A DNA stretch of 64,000 nucleotides, from assembly GCA_902801795.1 (NCBI GenBank), contig CADCJQ010000010.1, positions 2,358 to 66,357 on the forward strand, read 5' to 3'. The notes below the pieces were generated by a model. The model was not told where the DNA came from. It did not search any database and saw only the letters and a program-made list of their open reading frames with translations. The position numbers and the translations under genes were made by a program. Shown here piece by piece: positions 1-12,028 of this stretch (positions within the stretch are counted from its first letter, which is position 1; each line of letters begins with the position of its first letter). Source of the DNA: an uncultured Erysipelotrichaceae bacterium. GTDB lineage: Bacteria; Bacillota_I; Bacilli_A; RF39; UBA660.

Positions 1-650
1 TCTTCAATACTCATTAAGAATGGTTTGTCATTATCACGAACTGGTGTTGGAATCCATGTATCAACAGCATCCATAAGTTTGTCGATAGCTTCAACATATT
101 TAGCATCGCCTTCAAGAGCTTTAAGAGCTGATCCACGAATAATTGGAGTATTATCTCCATCAAATCCATATTCATTTAATAGATCACGAATTTCCATTTC
201 TACTAATTCTAGTAATTCTTCGTCATCAACCATATCACACTTATTCATGAATACTACCATTTTTGGTACACCAACTTGACGAGCAAGTAGGATATGTTCA
301 CGAGTTTGTGCCATAGGTCCATCAGTTGCAGCAATAACTAAGATTGCTCCATCCATTTGAGCAGCACCTGTAATCATGTTTTTAACATAATCAGCATGTC
401 CTGGACAGTCTACGTGTGCATAGTGACGAGTAGCTGTTTGATACTCAACGTGTGAAGTATTAATTGTAATACCACGTTCTCTTTCTTCTGGAGCCTTATC
501 GATGTTAGCATAATCAACGAATTGTCCTCCAAATTTTTCTGCTTGTCTTTTTGTGATAGCAGCAGTTAATGTAGTTTTACCATGGTCAACGTGTCCAATA
601 GTACCAATGTTAACATGGGGTTTACTACGATCAAATTTTTCTTTTGCCAT
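1..650 (-). CDS. tuf: Elongation factor Tu (5' part; runs off window start)
   Basis: Reverse complement from 650 reads [33 protein letters not shown]...; directly downstream of fusA; absent from ORF track because it is truncated. Confidence 0.98.
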   Translation of the reverse strand, partial: MAKEKFDRSKPHVNIGTIGHVDHGKTTLTAAITKRQAEKFGGQFVDYANIDKAPEERERGITINTSHVEYQTATRHYAHVDCPGHADYVKNMITGAAQMDGAILVIAATDGPMAQTREHILLARQVGVPKMVVFMNKCDMVDDEELLELVEMEIRDLLNEYGFDGDNTPIIRGSALKALEGDAKYVEAIDKLMDAVDTWIPTPVRDNDKPFLMSIE

Positions 651-751
651 TATTATTTCCTCCTTTTTCAATATACTATTTTATTTTACCTAACAATTGA
701 ATTTTTTTCAACTGTTTTTTTAATAAAAGCAAATTATTTTACATTTTTTTA

Positions 752-2821
752 TTAATTACCACTTTTTTTAATTATTTCTTCAGCAATATTTTTAGGAACT
801 TCTTCATAATGATCAAAAATCATTTGGAATGTTCCACGTCCTTGAGTATTACTTCTTAGTGCGGTTGCATAACCAAACATTTCAGAAAGTGGTACCATTG
901 CACATAATGCAATAGCATTTCCACGAGATTCTTGACTTACTGGTCTACCTCTTCTTGATGGAATATCTCCCATTACTGTACCAAAATATTCTTCAGGCAC
1001 AACAATATCAACCTTCATGATTGGTTCAAGAATAACTGGTTTACATTTATTCTTCATTTCTTTAACTGCAAAACTAGCCGCAATTTTGAATGCCATTTCA
1101 TTAGAGTCAACTTCATGATATGATCCATCATGTAGCGTTGCTTTAACATCAATCATTGGATATCCTGCTAAAACACCACCTGCTAATGCTTCTTGAAGTC
1201 CTTTATCAACTACTGGAATATATTCACGAGGAACTACTCCACCAACAACTTCATCAACAAATTCATATCCCTTATCTGGATTTGGCTCAAACTTAACCCA
1301 AACATGTCCGTATTGTCCACGTCCACCAGATTGTTTGATATATTTACCTTCACAGTCACCTTCAACTCTTATTGTTTCACGATAAGCAACTTGAGGTTTA
1401 CCTATATTTGCTTCAACATTAAATTCTCTTCTCATACGATCAACTAGAACATCAAGGTGAAGTTCACCCATTCCAGCGATAACTGTTTGACCTGTTTCAT
1501 GATCTGTATGAACTCTAAATGTTGGATCTTCTTCAGCAAGTTTTTGTAAAGCAATTCCCATTTTTTCTTGATCTGCTTTTGATTTTGGTTCAACAGCAAG
1601 TTCAATAACTGGTTCTGGGAATTCCATTGTTTCAAGAATAACTGGTTTCTTTTCATCACATAATGTATCACCAGTTGTTGTATTCTTAAGTCCTACTGCT
1701 GCAGCAATATCACCTGTATATACATCACTAATTTCTGTACGATTATTAGCATGCATCAATAGAATACGTCCAATTCTTTCCTTAACATCTTTAGTACTAT
1801 TAAGAACATAACTACCACTTGATAAGTGTCCAGAATATACTCTAAAGAATGTAAGACGTCCAACGAATGGATCTGTCATAACCTTAAATGCTAAAGCACT
1901 AAATGGTTCATCATCTTTAGGATGTCTTTGACATGGTTTTCCATCTAAATCAACACCATCGATTGAAGCAACATCAACTGGACTTGGTAAATAATCGATT
2001 ACAGCGTCAAGTAAAGGTTTAACACCCATATTTCCTAAAGCTGTTCCACACATTACTGGGAAGAATTTAACAGCAAGAGTACCTTTTCTAATTGCTCTTT
2101 TAATCATTTCAACAGTAACTTCTCCTCCATCAAGGTAAGTTTCCATCATTTCATCATCATATTCAGCAACAGAATCAATTAAGTCTTCTCTTCTTTCTTC
2201 TGCAATTGCTCTTAATTCTTCAGGAATTTCTATTTCTTTTGCATCTTCTTCTTCTTTACCATCATATTCATATGCTTTCATGGTAACTAAATCGATTACT
2301 CCATGGAACTCATTTTCTGCTCCAATTGGCCACTCGATTGGTTTAGCATTAACACCTAAACGATCTTTAATGCTCTTTAGACTGTATTCAAAATTTGCCC
2401 CCATTTTGTCCATTTTATTTGCAAAAATAATTCTTGGAACCATAAATTCTGTAGCTTGTCTCCAAACAGTTTCTGTTTGAGGTTCAACACCAGCTTGAGA
2501 ATCAAGTAGTGCCACAGCACCATCCAAAACACGAAGTGAACGACTAACTTCAACAGTAAAGTCTACATGTCCTGGAGTATCAATTATATTAAAACGATAC
2601 TTTTTCCAATAAGCTGTAGTTGCAGCTGAAGTAATAGTAATACCACGTTCTTGTTCTTGTTCCATCCAGTCCATTTGTGATTCACCATCATGAGTTTCTC
2701 CAATCTTATGAATCTTCTTTGTATGGAATAAAACACGCTCTGTAGTTGTTGTCTTACCAGCATCAATATGTGCCATGATTCCAAAATTTCTTGTCATTTC
2801 TAATGACGTTTCACGAGCCAT
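752..2821 (-). CDS. fusA: Elongation factor G
   Basis: 689 aa; [25 protein letters not shown] motifs; str operon position. Confidence 0.99.
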   Translation of the reverse strand: MARETSLEMTRNFGIMAHIDAGKTTTTERVLFHTKKIHKIGETHDGESQMDWMEQEQERGITITSAATTAYWKKYRFNIIDTPGHVDFTVEVSRSLRVLDGAVALLDSQAGVEPQTETVWRQATEFMVPRIIFANKMDKMGANFEYSLKSIKDRLGVNAKPIEWPIGAENEFHGVIDLVTMKAYEYDGKEEEDAKEIEIPEELRAIAEERREDLIDSVAEYDDEMMETYLDGGEVTVEMIKRAIRKGTLAVKFFPVMCGTALGNMGVKPLLDAVIDYLPSPVDVASIDGVDLDGKPCQRHPKDDEPFSALAFKVMTDPFVGRLTFFRVYSGHLSSGSYVLNSTKDVKERIGRILLMHANNRTEISDVYTGDIAAAVGLKNTTTGDTLCDEKKPVILETMEFPEPVIELAVEPKSKADQEKMGIALQKLAEEDPTFRVHTDHETGQTVIAGMGELHLDVLVDRMRREFNVEANIGKPQVAYRETIRVEGDCEGKYIKQSGGRGQYGHVWVKFEPNPDKGYEFVDEVVGGVVPREYIPVVDKGLQEALAGGVLAGYPMIDVKATLHDGSYHEVDSNEMAFKIAASFAVKEMKNKCKPVILEPIMKVDIVVPEEYFGTVMGDIPSRRGRPVSQESRGNAIALCAMVPLSEMFGYATALRSNTQGRGTFQMIFDHYEEVPKNIAEEIIKKSGN

Positions 2822-2835
2822 AATTTATTTCCTTT

Positions 2836-3303
2836 CTACCAACGATAATGTGCGAAAGCCTTATTAGCTTCTGCCATTCTATGTGTATCTTCTCTCTTTT
2901 TAACAGCATTACCAGTACCATTACTAGCATCTATTATTTCATCTGCAAGATTTTGTGCCATTGTATGACCATTTCTTAGTCTTGCATAATTTACTAACCA
3001 TCTAAGTCCTAAAGTTTGACTTCTTGTAGCACTAACTTCAACTGGTACTTGATAGTTACTTCCACCAACACGTTTTGATTTAACTTCTAATTGTGGTTTA
3101 ATATTTTCTAAAGCTTTTTCAAAAACAGAAACAGGATCTTCTTTAGTCTTATCCTTTACAATATCAAAAGCTTCATAAAGTATTTTTTCTGCAACGCCTT
3201 TTTTACCATCTAACATAATTCTATTAATTAACTTTGTAACTACTTTAGACTTATATATTGGATCTGGTAAAACATCACGTTTAACTGCACGTCTTTTACG
3301 CAT
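2836..3303 (-). CDS. rpsG: 30S ribosomal protein S7
   Basis: [31 protein letters not shown]. Confidence 0.99.
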   Translation of the reverse strand: MRKRRAVKRDVLPDPIYKSKVVTKLINRIMLDGKKGVAEKILYEAFDIVKDKTKEDPVSVFEKALENIKPQLEVKSKRVGGSNYQVPVEVSATRSQTLGLRWLVNYARLRNGHTMAQNLADEIIDASNGTGNAVKKREDTHRMAEANKAFAHYRW

Positions 3304-3333
3304 TTTAACTTCCTCCCTTCGGTTTATTTAATA

Positions 3334-3750
3334 TTATTTCTTCTTATCTTTTTTAGTTCCGTATTTACTACGTCCTTGTTTTCTATCCTTAACTCCTGCT
3401 GTATCAAGTGTTCCACGAATAATATGATAACGTACACCGATTAAATCAGGTACACGTCCACCTCTTATCATTACAACACTATGTTCTTGTAAGTTATGTC
3501 CTTCTCCTGGAATATAACAAGTTACTTCCAATCCATTACTTAACTTAACACGAGCATATTTACGAAGTGCAGAGTTAGGCTTCTTTGGAGTCATAGTTCC
3601 AACACGCGTACAAACACCACGTTTTTGAGGTGAATTAATTTTTGTTTGTTTTTTTCTAACATTATTAATTCCAACTAACAATACTGGTGATTTTGGTTTT
3701 CTAACTTTACTACCACGTCTTTTTTTAACTAATTGATTAATTGTAGGCAT
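3334..3750 (-). CDS. rpsL: 30S ribosomal protein S12
   Basis: [46 protein letters not shown]. Confidence 0.99.
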   Translation of the reverse strand: MPTINQLVKKRRGSKVRKPKSPVLLVGINNVRKKQTKINSPQKRGVCTRVGTMTPKKPNSALRKYARVKLSNGLEVTCYIPGEGHNLQEHSVVMIRGGRVPDLIGVRYHIIRGTLDTAGVKDRKQGRSKYGTKKDKKK

Positions 3751-3842
3751 AAGTTCTCCTTCCTAACACATATCCTGGTGTGTCATTTTTCTTTATAAAT
3801 TTAAGGCTTAGATACACTAAACCCAAATTCACAAACGTTATT

Positions 3843-3871
3843 AATATACACTACTTCCCCTGTCTTGTCAA
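3843..3871 (-). promoter_or_regulatory. Sigma-A promoter of str operon
   Basis: Minus strand TTGACA-17 bp-TATATT with TG upstream of the -10. Confidence 0.8.
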
Positions 3872-4183
3872 TATTTTTTATGTATTTTCAGAAAAATATT
3901 ACATCACTTCATATTATTAATTCATATACAATTAAATATGTATCATCTAGCTTTCTTTTACTACATTCATTTTCTTTTCATCCTTTACTACAATAAAAAA
4001 TATAGTGTGTTTGTATTCTGGTATTTCAGAATTTACACACTATATTATACAAGGTCCTTTTGTTTTTATATTTCATCACTGTGCCTACACTTCGTCCCTT
4101 GTTCTTACGAATTTTTTCCTCATGCGCATTTTTGTAAAAAAATGCTTGATTCAAGATTTCAAGATGGAAACGCTGGCGAGCTA

Positions 4184-5563
4184 CTACCCAACAACGCCAC
4201 CGCCGCCAGGCTCAGGAGGGTCAAGCTCAATGCCACCGCCACCAGGCTCAACTGCTGACGACTCGAGGCATTCAAAGTTGCCATTCTGGTCCACGACACA
4301 GTGGTCATCACCAACGCCAGCAATGACGCGGCCATCAGTATCAGCGCGCGCAGAAACAGAGCCAGAATTATCCCGTGGTCCACATTCTGAATATCTATAT
4401 TCATTTTCGGTTCCTTCATCTTCTACTTTTTCTGTACATGTATTATTATATAGATTTGCTCCTTGTAATAATGTTTGATTTGCTGTATATTTTGATTCAT
4501 CACTTGTTCCTTCTATACAGAATGGCGTTCCATCTTTTACTCCACATGCATAGGCATTTGTTACTTCATTATTATTATTTAATTTTACTCCCAAGAAATA
4601 ATTTTTTCCTGTTGTTGCTATTAATTCTTCATAATTATCATATAATCCACTTGTTATTTGTGTTGGTGTTTGACGAACAAACTGACTATTTGTATCATCC
4701 CATATTCCCTGATTCCATGTTGTCAATTTTACTGTTGTTATATCACTAGGATCTGCTACATAATACATAAATTTACAATCTGGACATGACTCTATTCCCT
4801 TACTTGGTTCTTCTACCCATATTCCTTCATTACTTTCCGCTTTCATTTTAAAACTTATTGGTGTTCCACTTGTTTGGAAACTATTCCATTCAGTTGTTGT
4901 AAATACTGTCCTGCCGTTTACCCATGTACTAGTTGTTCCCATGTTATCTGTTCCTGGATTTGCAGAATCATATGTATCACTTATTGCTATTCTATCTGCA
5001 TCAATATATGCCTTAATAGTTAGTGTTCCTTCTATTCCACTGGCACTATTTTTGATATAGCCTACTAAAACTTGTTTGCCTTCTTCAACTTTTCCTGTTT
5101 CAGTTAGTGTATAAATATCAGCATTTTTACTATTTTTTGCATTCCAGTAATCATCACTTTCTTCTCCAATATTTTTTCCTGTTACTGCAGTATATGTTGC
5201 AATATAATTTATTGGTATTTTTTTACCATTTATTGTGTTTGTTACATCTACTAGAGTTATCTCAAATTCTTCTCCATCATCATATGTTGTATCTCCTACT
5301 ATTCCTACTGATACTGTATCAAGTACTGCATTATTTGTCTCTGTACTTTTTAATGGAAAAATATTTGTCATATTTAATGCACCATTTTGTGTCATATTAA
5401 AATAAATTCTTCCTGTTCCAATATTATTAGCAGCCCCTGTTCTAGTATAATTAAAAAATGAATATGTTACTCCAGCTACCGCTACAATTAATATTGCTAT
5501 ACCTATTAGTGAAAACATTATTTGTTTATTAGTTATATTTCTTCTATTATTTAATTCTTCCAT
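4184..5563 (-). CDS. Secreted/surface modular protein with SipW-type signal motif (VTYSFFNYTRTG) and Cys-containing, GC-rich C-terminal region
   Basis: 459 aa, N-terminal hydrophobic helix; N-terminal ~250 aa clearly paralogous to 20380..22434; RBS present. Confidence 0.8.
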   Translation of the reverse strand: MEELNNRRNITNKQIMFSLIGIAILIVAVAGVTYSFFNYTRTGAANNIGTGRIYFNMTQNGALNMTNIFPLKSTETNNAVLDTVSVGIVGDTTYDDGEEFEITLVDVTNTINGKKIPINYIATYTAVTGKNIGEESDDYWNAKNSKNADIYTLTETGKVEEGKQVLVGYIKNSASGIEGTLTIKAYIDADRIAISDTYDSANPGTDNMGTTSTWVNGRTVFTTTEWNSFQTSGTPISFKMKAESNEGIWVEEPSKGIESCPDCKFMYYVADPSDITTVKLTTWNQGIWDDTNSQFVRQTPTQITSGLYDNYEELIATTGKNYFLGVKLNNNNEVTNAYACGVKDGTPFCIEGTSDESKYTANQTLLQGANLYNNTCTEKVEDEGTENEYRYSECGPRDNSGSVSARADTDGRVIAGVGDDHCVVDQNGNFECLESSAVEPGGGGIELDPPEPGGGGVVG

Positions 5564-5844
5564 TTTATCTCTCTTTCCTTAATTTAAGAATTTTAAATAA
5601 TTAATTATTTCTTACGTTCCATCTAATTTAATATTCATCATACTACCGTTGCTTACAATAATACTATCATATTTTTTCTTCTTTATCAATTATAAATAAG
5701 TATTTTATTAAAAACTTTACACATAATATTCTGGTTCAATTATTTATCAATTATTTATAAATGTATTCTAACACATCGCTCGTATTATTGCAACTATAAA
5801 TTTTATTTTTTTATTTAATGAAACAATAGTTTTAGGTGAAAATA

Positions 5845-6303
5845 ATGAAAAATAAATTATTAGATATGAGAGAATATTTTAATGTAAATCAAGAAACAAT
5901 TGGTGAAATAGTAGGTGTTACAAAAACAAGTATTTCTAAATGGGAAACGGGAAAAGAAACAATACCATTAAAGCATCTTAATACTTTATCAAATTATTAT
6001 AATGTTAGTATAGATTATTTAGTAGGATTATCAAAGATAAAGAATTATGAAAATTATATAAAAATTAATGAATTAAATAAAATAGAAATTGGTAAAAGAA
6101 TCAAATTATTCCGTAATGAAAATGAATTATCTTTACGAGAACTTGCTAATATTCTTAATACTACTTCATCAACCATATCAGCATATGAAACTGGTAAAAC
6201 ATTAATACTAACTTCTTTTGCCTATCAAATATGTAAAGAATATCATATATCGCTTGACTATTTATGCGGAAAATTGAAAAATAAAATGCATTATGAAAAA
6301 TAA
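5845..6303 (+). CDS. XRE-family transcriptional regulator with two HTH domains
   Basis: Two HTH_3-like repeats (QETIGEIVGVTKTSISKWETG; LRELANILNTTSSTISAYETG); start after AGGTG RBS; divergent from 5563. Confidence 0.9.
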   Translation: MKNKLLDMREYFNVNQETIGEIVGVTKTSISKWETGKETIPLKHLNTLSNYYNVSIDYLVGLSKIKNYENYIKINELNKIEIGKRIKLFRNENELSLRELANILNTTSSTISAYETGKTLILTSFAYQICKEYHISLDYLCGKLKNKMHYEK

Positions 6304-6307
6304 AATT

Positions 6308-6868
6308 TCATAACACATTTTGTTTTTTTAATACCTTTTCATTGTCTAAATTAATAATAGGAATATCTAAACGATATTTATCTAATAAATAAGATACTAC
6401 TTTTAAATATTCTTCAATATATTCATCAGGATAATAATATTGCATTCTACTTAAAGATAACATAATTCCTCTTAGATAATTAAGAGAAACTTCATCCTTT
6501 ACTTGTACTTCATCAATTAAATCACTATATCTTCCCTTTATCCCATAATAATGCATCATATCAATAGAACCTAAAGTATTATAATCTACATATATATAAT
6601 CTGGTTCAATAACTTTTAATTCTTTGTCAAATAATAGCGATAACCCTCGTTTTACATAAAGATTATAAGCTGAATTCTTAGGATGATTTTTTTCTAAATC
6701 ACAAAGTGATATATAATCCATTCCGTTAAATAAAGCCTCTTCTTCGCTTAATCCTAATTTTCTTCTTGATAATAAAGCACCATTTTTTAAAATTTCTTCT
6801 AATTTCGTAATATCTAACAACATTAAATTATCTGTTTTATTAAATGAATGTGCATAATATTTTAACAT
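6308..6868 (-). CDS. Hypothetical protein, possible ADP-ribosyltransferase fold
   Basis: 186 aa; YAH...LEEILKNGALLSR...YISL...DEVQV pattern; RBS GGGGG. Confidence 0.55.
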   Translation of the reverse strand: MLKYYAHSFNKTDNLMLLDITKLEEILKNGALLSRRKLGLSEEEALFNGMDYISLCDLEKNHPKNSAYNLYVKRGLSLLFDKELKVIEPDYIYVDYNTLGSIDMMHYYGIKGRYSDLIDEVQVKDEVSLNYLRGIMLSLSRMQYYYPDEYIEEYLKVVSYLLDKYRLDIPIINLDNEKVLKKQNVL

Positions 6869-6906
6869 AAATCCCCCTTAACAAAAAATGATATGTTTCC
6901 ATATCA

Positions 6907-7206
6907 TTAATTACTACCATTAACACTTGTTGAAACTTCATCCATAAATTCTCTTCTATATGTTTCAACAACAGTATCTAAAAAGATTCCATAACTTCTT
7001 ACGTAAGACTCAAATTTAGGAAACTCTAATTCTAGTTCTTTATATCTCTCAAGATATCTTTTAGAGTTTTGATCACTCCATACATTATCAATACCTTCCA
7101 TTAAAGTCCCTAATCTCTGCATATAATTTTTTAATTCATCAGCACCATTTTTTACCTTATTGGCAGTATTAGTTAAATCTTGAGATTGTAAAATAACATT
7201 ATCCAT
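6907..7206 (-). CDS. WXG100-like (ESAT-6-type) protein
   Basis: 99 aa, helical pattern, central W-S-D at the WxG position. Confidence 0.7.
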   Translation of the reverse strand: MDNVILQSQDLTNTANKVKNGADELKNYMQRLGTLMEGIDNVWSDQNSKRYLERYKELELEFPKFESYVRSYGIFLDTVVETYRREFMDEVSTSVNGSN

Positions 7207-7218
7207 TTTATCTTCCTC

Positions 7219-7548
7219 CTATTCATCAAAATCCATTGATCTTGATATTTTTTCTTCTGCACTAATAATTTTTCTTGATGTTTGACATGCAACACCACCA
7301 AAGGATTCAATAACATCTATTAATTCATACATTTTAGGCATTGCTTGTTTAATTCTTTCTTCATATTTCAACTTATTTTGACTTACCCAACTATCAAGAG
7401 AACTCATAGATGCTTCAATATCACCTAATACCCCACGCATCTCTTTAGCAATTCTTAGTACTTCCTTTCCATCATTATCAAGAGCCTCTGGTGATATTCT
7501 AAAACTAAATCCACCATCAAATGATGATATTCCACCATTATATGCCAT
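7219..7548 (-). CDS. WXG100-like (ESAT-6-type) protein
   Basis: 109 aa, ISPEAL start motif, central W-V-S; tandem with 6907..7206. Confidence 0.65.
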   Translation of the reverse strand: MAYNGGISSFDGGFSFRISPEALDNDGKEVLRIAKEMRGVLGDIEASMSSLDSWVSQNKLKYEERIKQAMPKMYELIDVIESFGGVACQTSRKIISAEEKISRSMDFDE

Positions 7549-7639
7549 TATCTCACCTCCAAGTATTCTATAAGGTACTTTCTACCTTCTATAAAGATTA
7601 TAACATAATCTTTATCATTTTGTATACATTTTTTTATTT

Positions 7640-9145
7640 TTATTTTATTAATGAATCCCCATCTATTTCAACTGGAACTGGTAAGTTCATCAAATTTAAC
7701 ATTGTTGGGGCAATATCCGCTAGTTTTCCACCATTCTTTAATGCAATATTATCTCTTGTTACAATAAATGGTACTTTATTAGTTGTATGTGTTGTACATA
7801 AACTGCCATCTGGATTTATCATAACATCACAATTACCATGATCTGCGGTTACAATTAAAGTTCCCTCAATTTCCATAATTTTATCATACAATCTTTTTAA
7901 GCATTTATCCATAAATTCAACCGCTGTTTTAGCCGCTTCATAATTTCCTGTATGACCTACCATATCACCATTAGCATAATTAAGTATTACTACATCTAAA
8001 TAATCTTTATTAAGTTCTTCTAGTAACTTATCTGTTACTTCTTCTGCAGACATCTCAGGTTTTAAATCATAAGTTGCTACTTTAGGAGAATTTACTAATA
8101 TTCTTTTGGTATTAGGTAGTTCTAAATCTTTTCCCCCATCATAAAAGTATGTCACATGTGCATATTTTTCAGTTTCCGCAATACGAAGTTGTGATAAACC
8201 TAAACTTGCAAGATATGGTCCCATGGTATTATTAAGTACTAAATGATTAAAGGCATTATCACCTTTTACCGTATCAGTTATTGGCATCATCGATACTAAT
8301 TTAACATTTTCTAAATTCTTTGTTTCCATTGGAACTTCAGTTGGATTAGTTATCGCTGTGCACATTTCTCTTAATCTATCTGGTCGATAATTAAATACTA
8401 ATACCCCATCATTACTATCTAAAGTATGCTTATCAAAAATAGATGGTTTAATAAATTCATCAGTTATATCATTACTATATGAATCATCAAACATTTCTTC
8501 TGGTGTATTATATTCTTCACCAATATTTGATACAATAGCATCATACGCTATCTTTAATCTATCATAGTTATTATCACGATCCATAGCATAATAACGACCA
8601 GATATCGTTGTTATTTTTCCAAGATTAACTTCTTGTAATTTCTTTTCAACTTCAGTAACAAATCCTTTACCCGTCATAACTCCTGTATCACGACCATCAG
8701 TAAATAAATGTAAATATACTTCCTTAACATCATTTTGTTTACACATATCAATTAATGCTAATAAATGATTTATATGTGAATGAATCCCTCCATCACTTAT
8801 TAATCCCATAATATGTAATTTAGAATTATTTAATTTAACATGATTAATAACATTTAATATTTTTTCATTTTTAAAGAATTCTTTTGTCTCAATCGCATGA
8901 TTAATTAATTCTAAAGGTTGATAAACAATACGACCTGCGCCTATATTCATATGACCTACTTCAGAATTACCCATTTGTCCAAAAGGTAATCCAACAAGTT
9001 GTCCAGAAGCCTCCAGTAAAGTATGGGGATACTTTTTTACTAAATAATCAAAAGTTGGTTTATTAGCATTTTTAAAAGCATTACCGAAACTCTCTTCTCT
9101 TATTCCACATCCATCTAATATACATAAAACTAGTGTTTTTTTCAT
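7640..9145 (-). CDS. gpmI: 2,3-bisphosphoglycerate-independent phosphoglycerate mutase
   Basis: LCILDGCG, GQMGNSEVGH, AETEKYAHVT, ANGDMVGHTG, TADHGN. Confidence 0.98.
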   Translation of the reverse strand: MKKTLVLCILDGCGIREESFGNAFKNANKPTFDYLVKKYPHTLLEASGQLVGLPFGQMGNSEVGHMNIGAGRIVYQPLELINHAIETKEFFKNEKILNVINHVKLNNSKLHIMGLISDGGIHSHINHLLALIDMCKQNDVKEVYLHLFTDGRDTGVMTGKGFVTEVEKKLQEVNLGKITTISGRYYAMDRDNNYDRLKIAYDAIVSNIGEEYNTPEEMFDDSYSNDITDEFIKPSIFDKHTLDSNDGVLVFNYRPDRLREMCTAITNPTEVPMETKNLENVKLVSMMPITDTVKGDNAFNHLVLNNTMGPYLASLGLSQLRIAETEKYAHVTYFYDGGKDLELPNTKRILVNSPKVATYDLKPEMSAEEVTDKLLEELNKDYLDVVILNYANGDMVGHTGNYEAAKTAVEFMDKCLKRLYDKIMEIEGTLIVTADHGNCDVMINPDGSLCTTHTTNKVPFIVTRDNIALKNGGKLADIAPTMLNLMNLPVPVEIDGDSLIK

Positions 9146-9215
9146 TATCTCATCTCCATTTTAATATTACCATATTTTCTTTTTTTTATCTATTATTTTT
9201 TGACTAATTGACACA

Positions 9216-9992
9216 TTATCCTAACGCCACATCTAAAATCATCATAATTACAAAACCTAATGACAAACCAATAATTCCAAGATTAGAGTGTTTACCATTT
9301 TGGGATGAAGGAATTAATTCCTCTGCAACTACATAAATCATGGCACCAGCAGCAAATGATAATAAATAAGGAAGTATCGGAACAGCTAAATTTGTCAATA
9401 GTATCGTAATAATCGCTCCAATTGGTTCAACAATTCCCGATAATGTTCCATACAAAAATGACTTGCTTTTAGAAATTCCTTCTTCTTTTAATGGCATTGA
9501 TATAATTGCTCCTTCAGGAAAGTTTTGAATAGCAATACCGATTGCCAAGGCTAAAGCACTAGAAAAAGTAATATTTTTAGTACTTACCATTGCTCCGGCA
9601 AAAGTAACACCAACAGCCATTCCTTCTGGTATATTATGTAAGGTAACCGCTAAAACCATCATCGTTGTTTTAGCAAGTTTTGACTTCATTCCTTCTGGTT
9701 CTTTTTCTTTAACATGTAAATGCGGTATAACATTATCTAATATTAATAGAAAAATAATCCCTAATAAAAATCCCACACTCGCTGGTAACCAAGAAATCGT
9801 ATTACTTTCTTTAGCCATCTCAATCGAGGGAATTAATAAAGACCAAACAGAGGCTGCTATCATAACCCCACTAGCAAAACCTAATAATATTTTATCTAAT
9901 TTTTCATTTATTTTATTTTTCATTAAGAAAACCATCGCTGAACCTAACATTGTTCCTATAAATGGAATCATAATTCCTACAAATAATTTCAT
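9216..9992 (-). CDS. ZIP-family divalent metal (zinc) transporter
   Basis: HNIPEGMAVG and QNFPEG motifs, multiple TM helices; start chosen after AGGTG RBS. Confidence 0.93.
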   Translation of the reverse strand: MKLFVGIMIPFIGTMLGSAMVFLMKNKINEKLDKILLGFASGVMIAASVWSLLIPSIEMAKESNTISWLPASVGFLLGIIFLLILDNVIPHLHVKEKEPEGMKSKLAKTTMMVLAVTLHNIPEGMAVGVTFAGAMVSTKNITFSSALALAIGIAIQNFPEGAIISMPLKEEGISKSKSFLYGTLSGIVEPIGAIITILLTNLAVPILPYLLSFAAGAMIYVVAEELIPSSQNGKHSNLGIIGLSLGFVIMMILDVALG

Positions 9993-10042
9993 TTTCTTCA
10001 CCTAATATTATTATAAAACAAAAAATAATAGAAAAAAAGCCT

Positions 10043-11848
10043 CTAGTCACTATTTCTAGACGCTTTCTTTCTATCATCAGCATTAAGTATTTTCTTACGT
10101 AATCTAAAACTAAGAGGTGTAACCTCAACTAATTCATCTTTATTAATATAATCAAGACATGTTTCAAGACTCATTACACGAGGACGTTTTAAAACAACAG
10201 TATGATCACTACCTGATGCTCTAGTATTAGTAAGATTCTTTCCTTTAACAACATTTATAGCAATATCATTATCATGATTATGTTCACCAACAATCATACC
10301 TTCATATACTTCATCACCTGGTTCAATAAACATTGTTCCACGTTCTTCAAGTTGTCCTAAGGCATAAGCTGTTGCTTTTCCATTTTCCATTGATACTAAA
10401 ACACCTAATTTACGTTCACCAACCATAGTACCAGCAATTTTACGATATTCTTTAAAAGCATGATTCATAATACCATAACCTTTAGTTAAAGTCATAAATT
10501 CCGTAGTAAATCCAATTAATCCACGAGATGGAATAACATAAGTAAGTCTTACTTGATTTTCATGGTTAACCATATTCTCTAATATTGCTTCACGCATACC
10601 AAGATTTTCAATAACACCACCAACATAATCACTAGGTATATCCATTTGTAAATCTTCAAATGGTTCACATTTAATACCATCAATTTCTTTAATAATTACG
10701 GTTGGTTTAGAAACTTGAAGTTCAAATCCTTCTCTTCGCATATTTTCAATTAAAATAGATAAATGAAGTTCTCCACGACCTGATACAATAAAACTTTCTT
10801 GATCATATGGTACAACGCGTAAACTTACATCACGTTCACATTCTTTCATTAATCTTTCTTCAATTTTACGAACTGTTAAAAGTTTACCTTCACGTCCGGC
10901 AAAAGGACTAGTGTTAACTCCAAAAGTCATTTGAAGGGTTGGTTCATCAATACGTAATTTTTCTAAGGCTTCTTCATGACCTATTTCACAAACGGTTTCA
11001 CCAACATTAATATCAGGAAGTCCTGCAATGGCAATAATATCTCCCGCATGCGCTTCATTTATTTCAATTCTTTTTAGTCCTAAATAACCAAACATTTTCT
11101 GAATACGAAATTGTTTAATACTACCATCTAAACGTACACAAGAAGCCATCTGACCAACTTTAATATTACCACGCTTTACAACACCAATTCCAATACGACC
11201 TACGAAATCATTATAATCTAATAATGCTGGTTGAAATTGTAATGTTCCTTCACTTACTTTAGGCGCAGGAATATTTTGAATAATTGAATCTAAAATATAA
11301 TCCATAGTAGGTTCTTGTGTTGATAATTCAGGACTTAAACTTGATGTACCATTAATAGCACTAGTATAAACAATAGGAAAATCAAGTTGATCAATATCCG
11401 CTCCTAAATCAATAAATAAATCCATAACTTCATCAATAACTTCTTTTGGACGTGCAGACTCTTTATCAATTTTATTAACAACAACAATCGGTGTAACATG
11501 AGCCGCTAAAGCTTTCTTTAATACAAATCTTGTTTGAGGCATTGTTCCTTCATAGGCATCAACTACTAATAGAACACCGTCTACCATATTCATAATACGT
11601 TCAACTTCACCACCAAAATCTGCATGTCCTGGAGTATCTAAAATATTAATACGATATCCTTTATAATTAATCGCCGTTGGTTTCGCAAGAATCGTTATTC
11701 CTCTTTCATGTTCAATATCATTAGAATCCATTGACCCTATTTCTTCATTTTCTCTAAATGTTCCACTTAACTCTAACATTTTATCAACTAATGTTGTTTT
11801 TCCATGGTCAACATGAGCGATAATTGCAATATTTCTTATATTTTCCAT
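10043..11848 (-). CDS. typA: Translational GTPase TypA/BipA
   Basis: [39 protein letters not shown]-terminal LVEVTP. Confidence 0.98.
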   Translation of the reverse strand: MENIRNIAIIAHVDHGKTTLVDKMLELSGTFRENEEIGSMDSNDIEHERGITILAKPTAINYKGYRINILDTPGHADFGGEVERIMNMVDGVLLVVDAYEGTMPQTRFVLKKALAAHVTPIVVVNKIDKESARPKEVIDEVMDLFIDLGADIDQLDFPIVYTSAINGTSSLSPELSTQEPTMDYILDSIIQNIPAPKVSEGTLQFQPALLDYNDFVGRIGIGVVKRGNIKVGQMASCVRLDGSIKQFRIQKMFGYLGLKRIEINEAHAGDIIAIAGLPDINVGETVCEIGHEEALEKLRIDEPTLQMTFGVNTSPFAGREGKLLTVRKIEERLMKECERDVSLRVVPYDQESFIVSGRGELHLSILIENMRREGFELQVSKPTVIIKEIDGIKCEPFEDLQMDIPSDYVGGVIENLGMREAILENMVNHENQVRLTYVIPSRGLIGFTTEFMTLTKGYGIMNHAFKEYRKIAGTMVGERKLGVLVSMENGKATAYALGQLEERGTMFIEPGDEVYEGMIVGEHNHDNDIAINVVKGKNLTNTRASGSDHTVVLKRPRVMSLETCLDYINKDELVEVTPLSFRLRKKILNADDRKKASRNSD

Positions 11849-11879
11849 ATAATTCCACTTCCCTTTTTTTAACCAAACT

Positions 11880-11909
11880 ATCTTAACATAAAAAAAGTAT
11901 CTATGTCAA
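11880..11909 (-). promoter_or_regulatory. Sigma-A promoter of typA
   Basis: TTGACA-18 bp-TAAGAT with extended TG on minus strand. Confidence 0.65.
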
Positions 11910-12028
11910 CAATTATTTTATTAAAATGAAAATATAAAGTAAAAGAAAAAGACAATCTTAGTTATTATTAATTTAAACATTACTCAAACTTTTTACATAT
12001 ATATTTTTATATAAGGCCATAGATTTAA

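Noticed and set aside
25-2784. Short ORFs overlapping tuf and fusA
   Set aside because: Antisense or alternate-frame shadows of highly conserved genes
4222-4246. 13-bp match GGCGGTGGCATTG to the attL junction
   Set aside because: Explained by Gly-Gly-Gly-Ile codons; no GTCAAAATGT arm nearby
3938-4749. Plus-strand ORFs 3938..4258, 4005..4478, 4375..4749 and minus-strand ORF 4159..4419
   Set aside because: Shadow frames of the GC-rich 3' end of 4184..5563; no RBS and implausible composition
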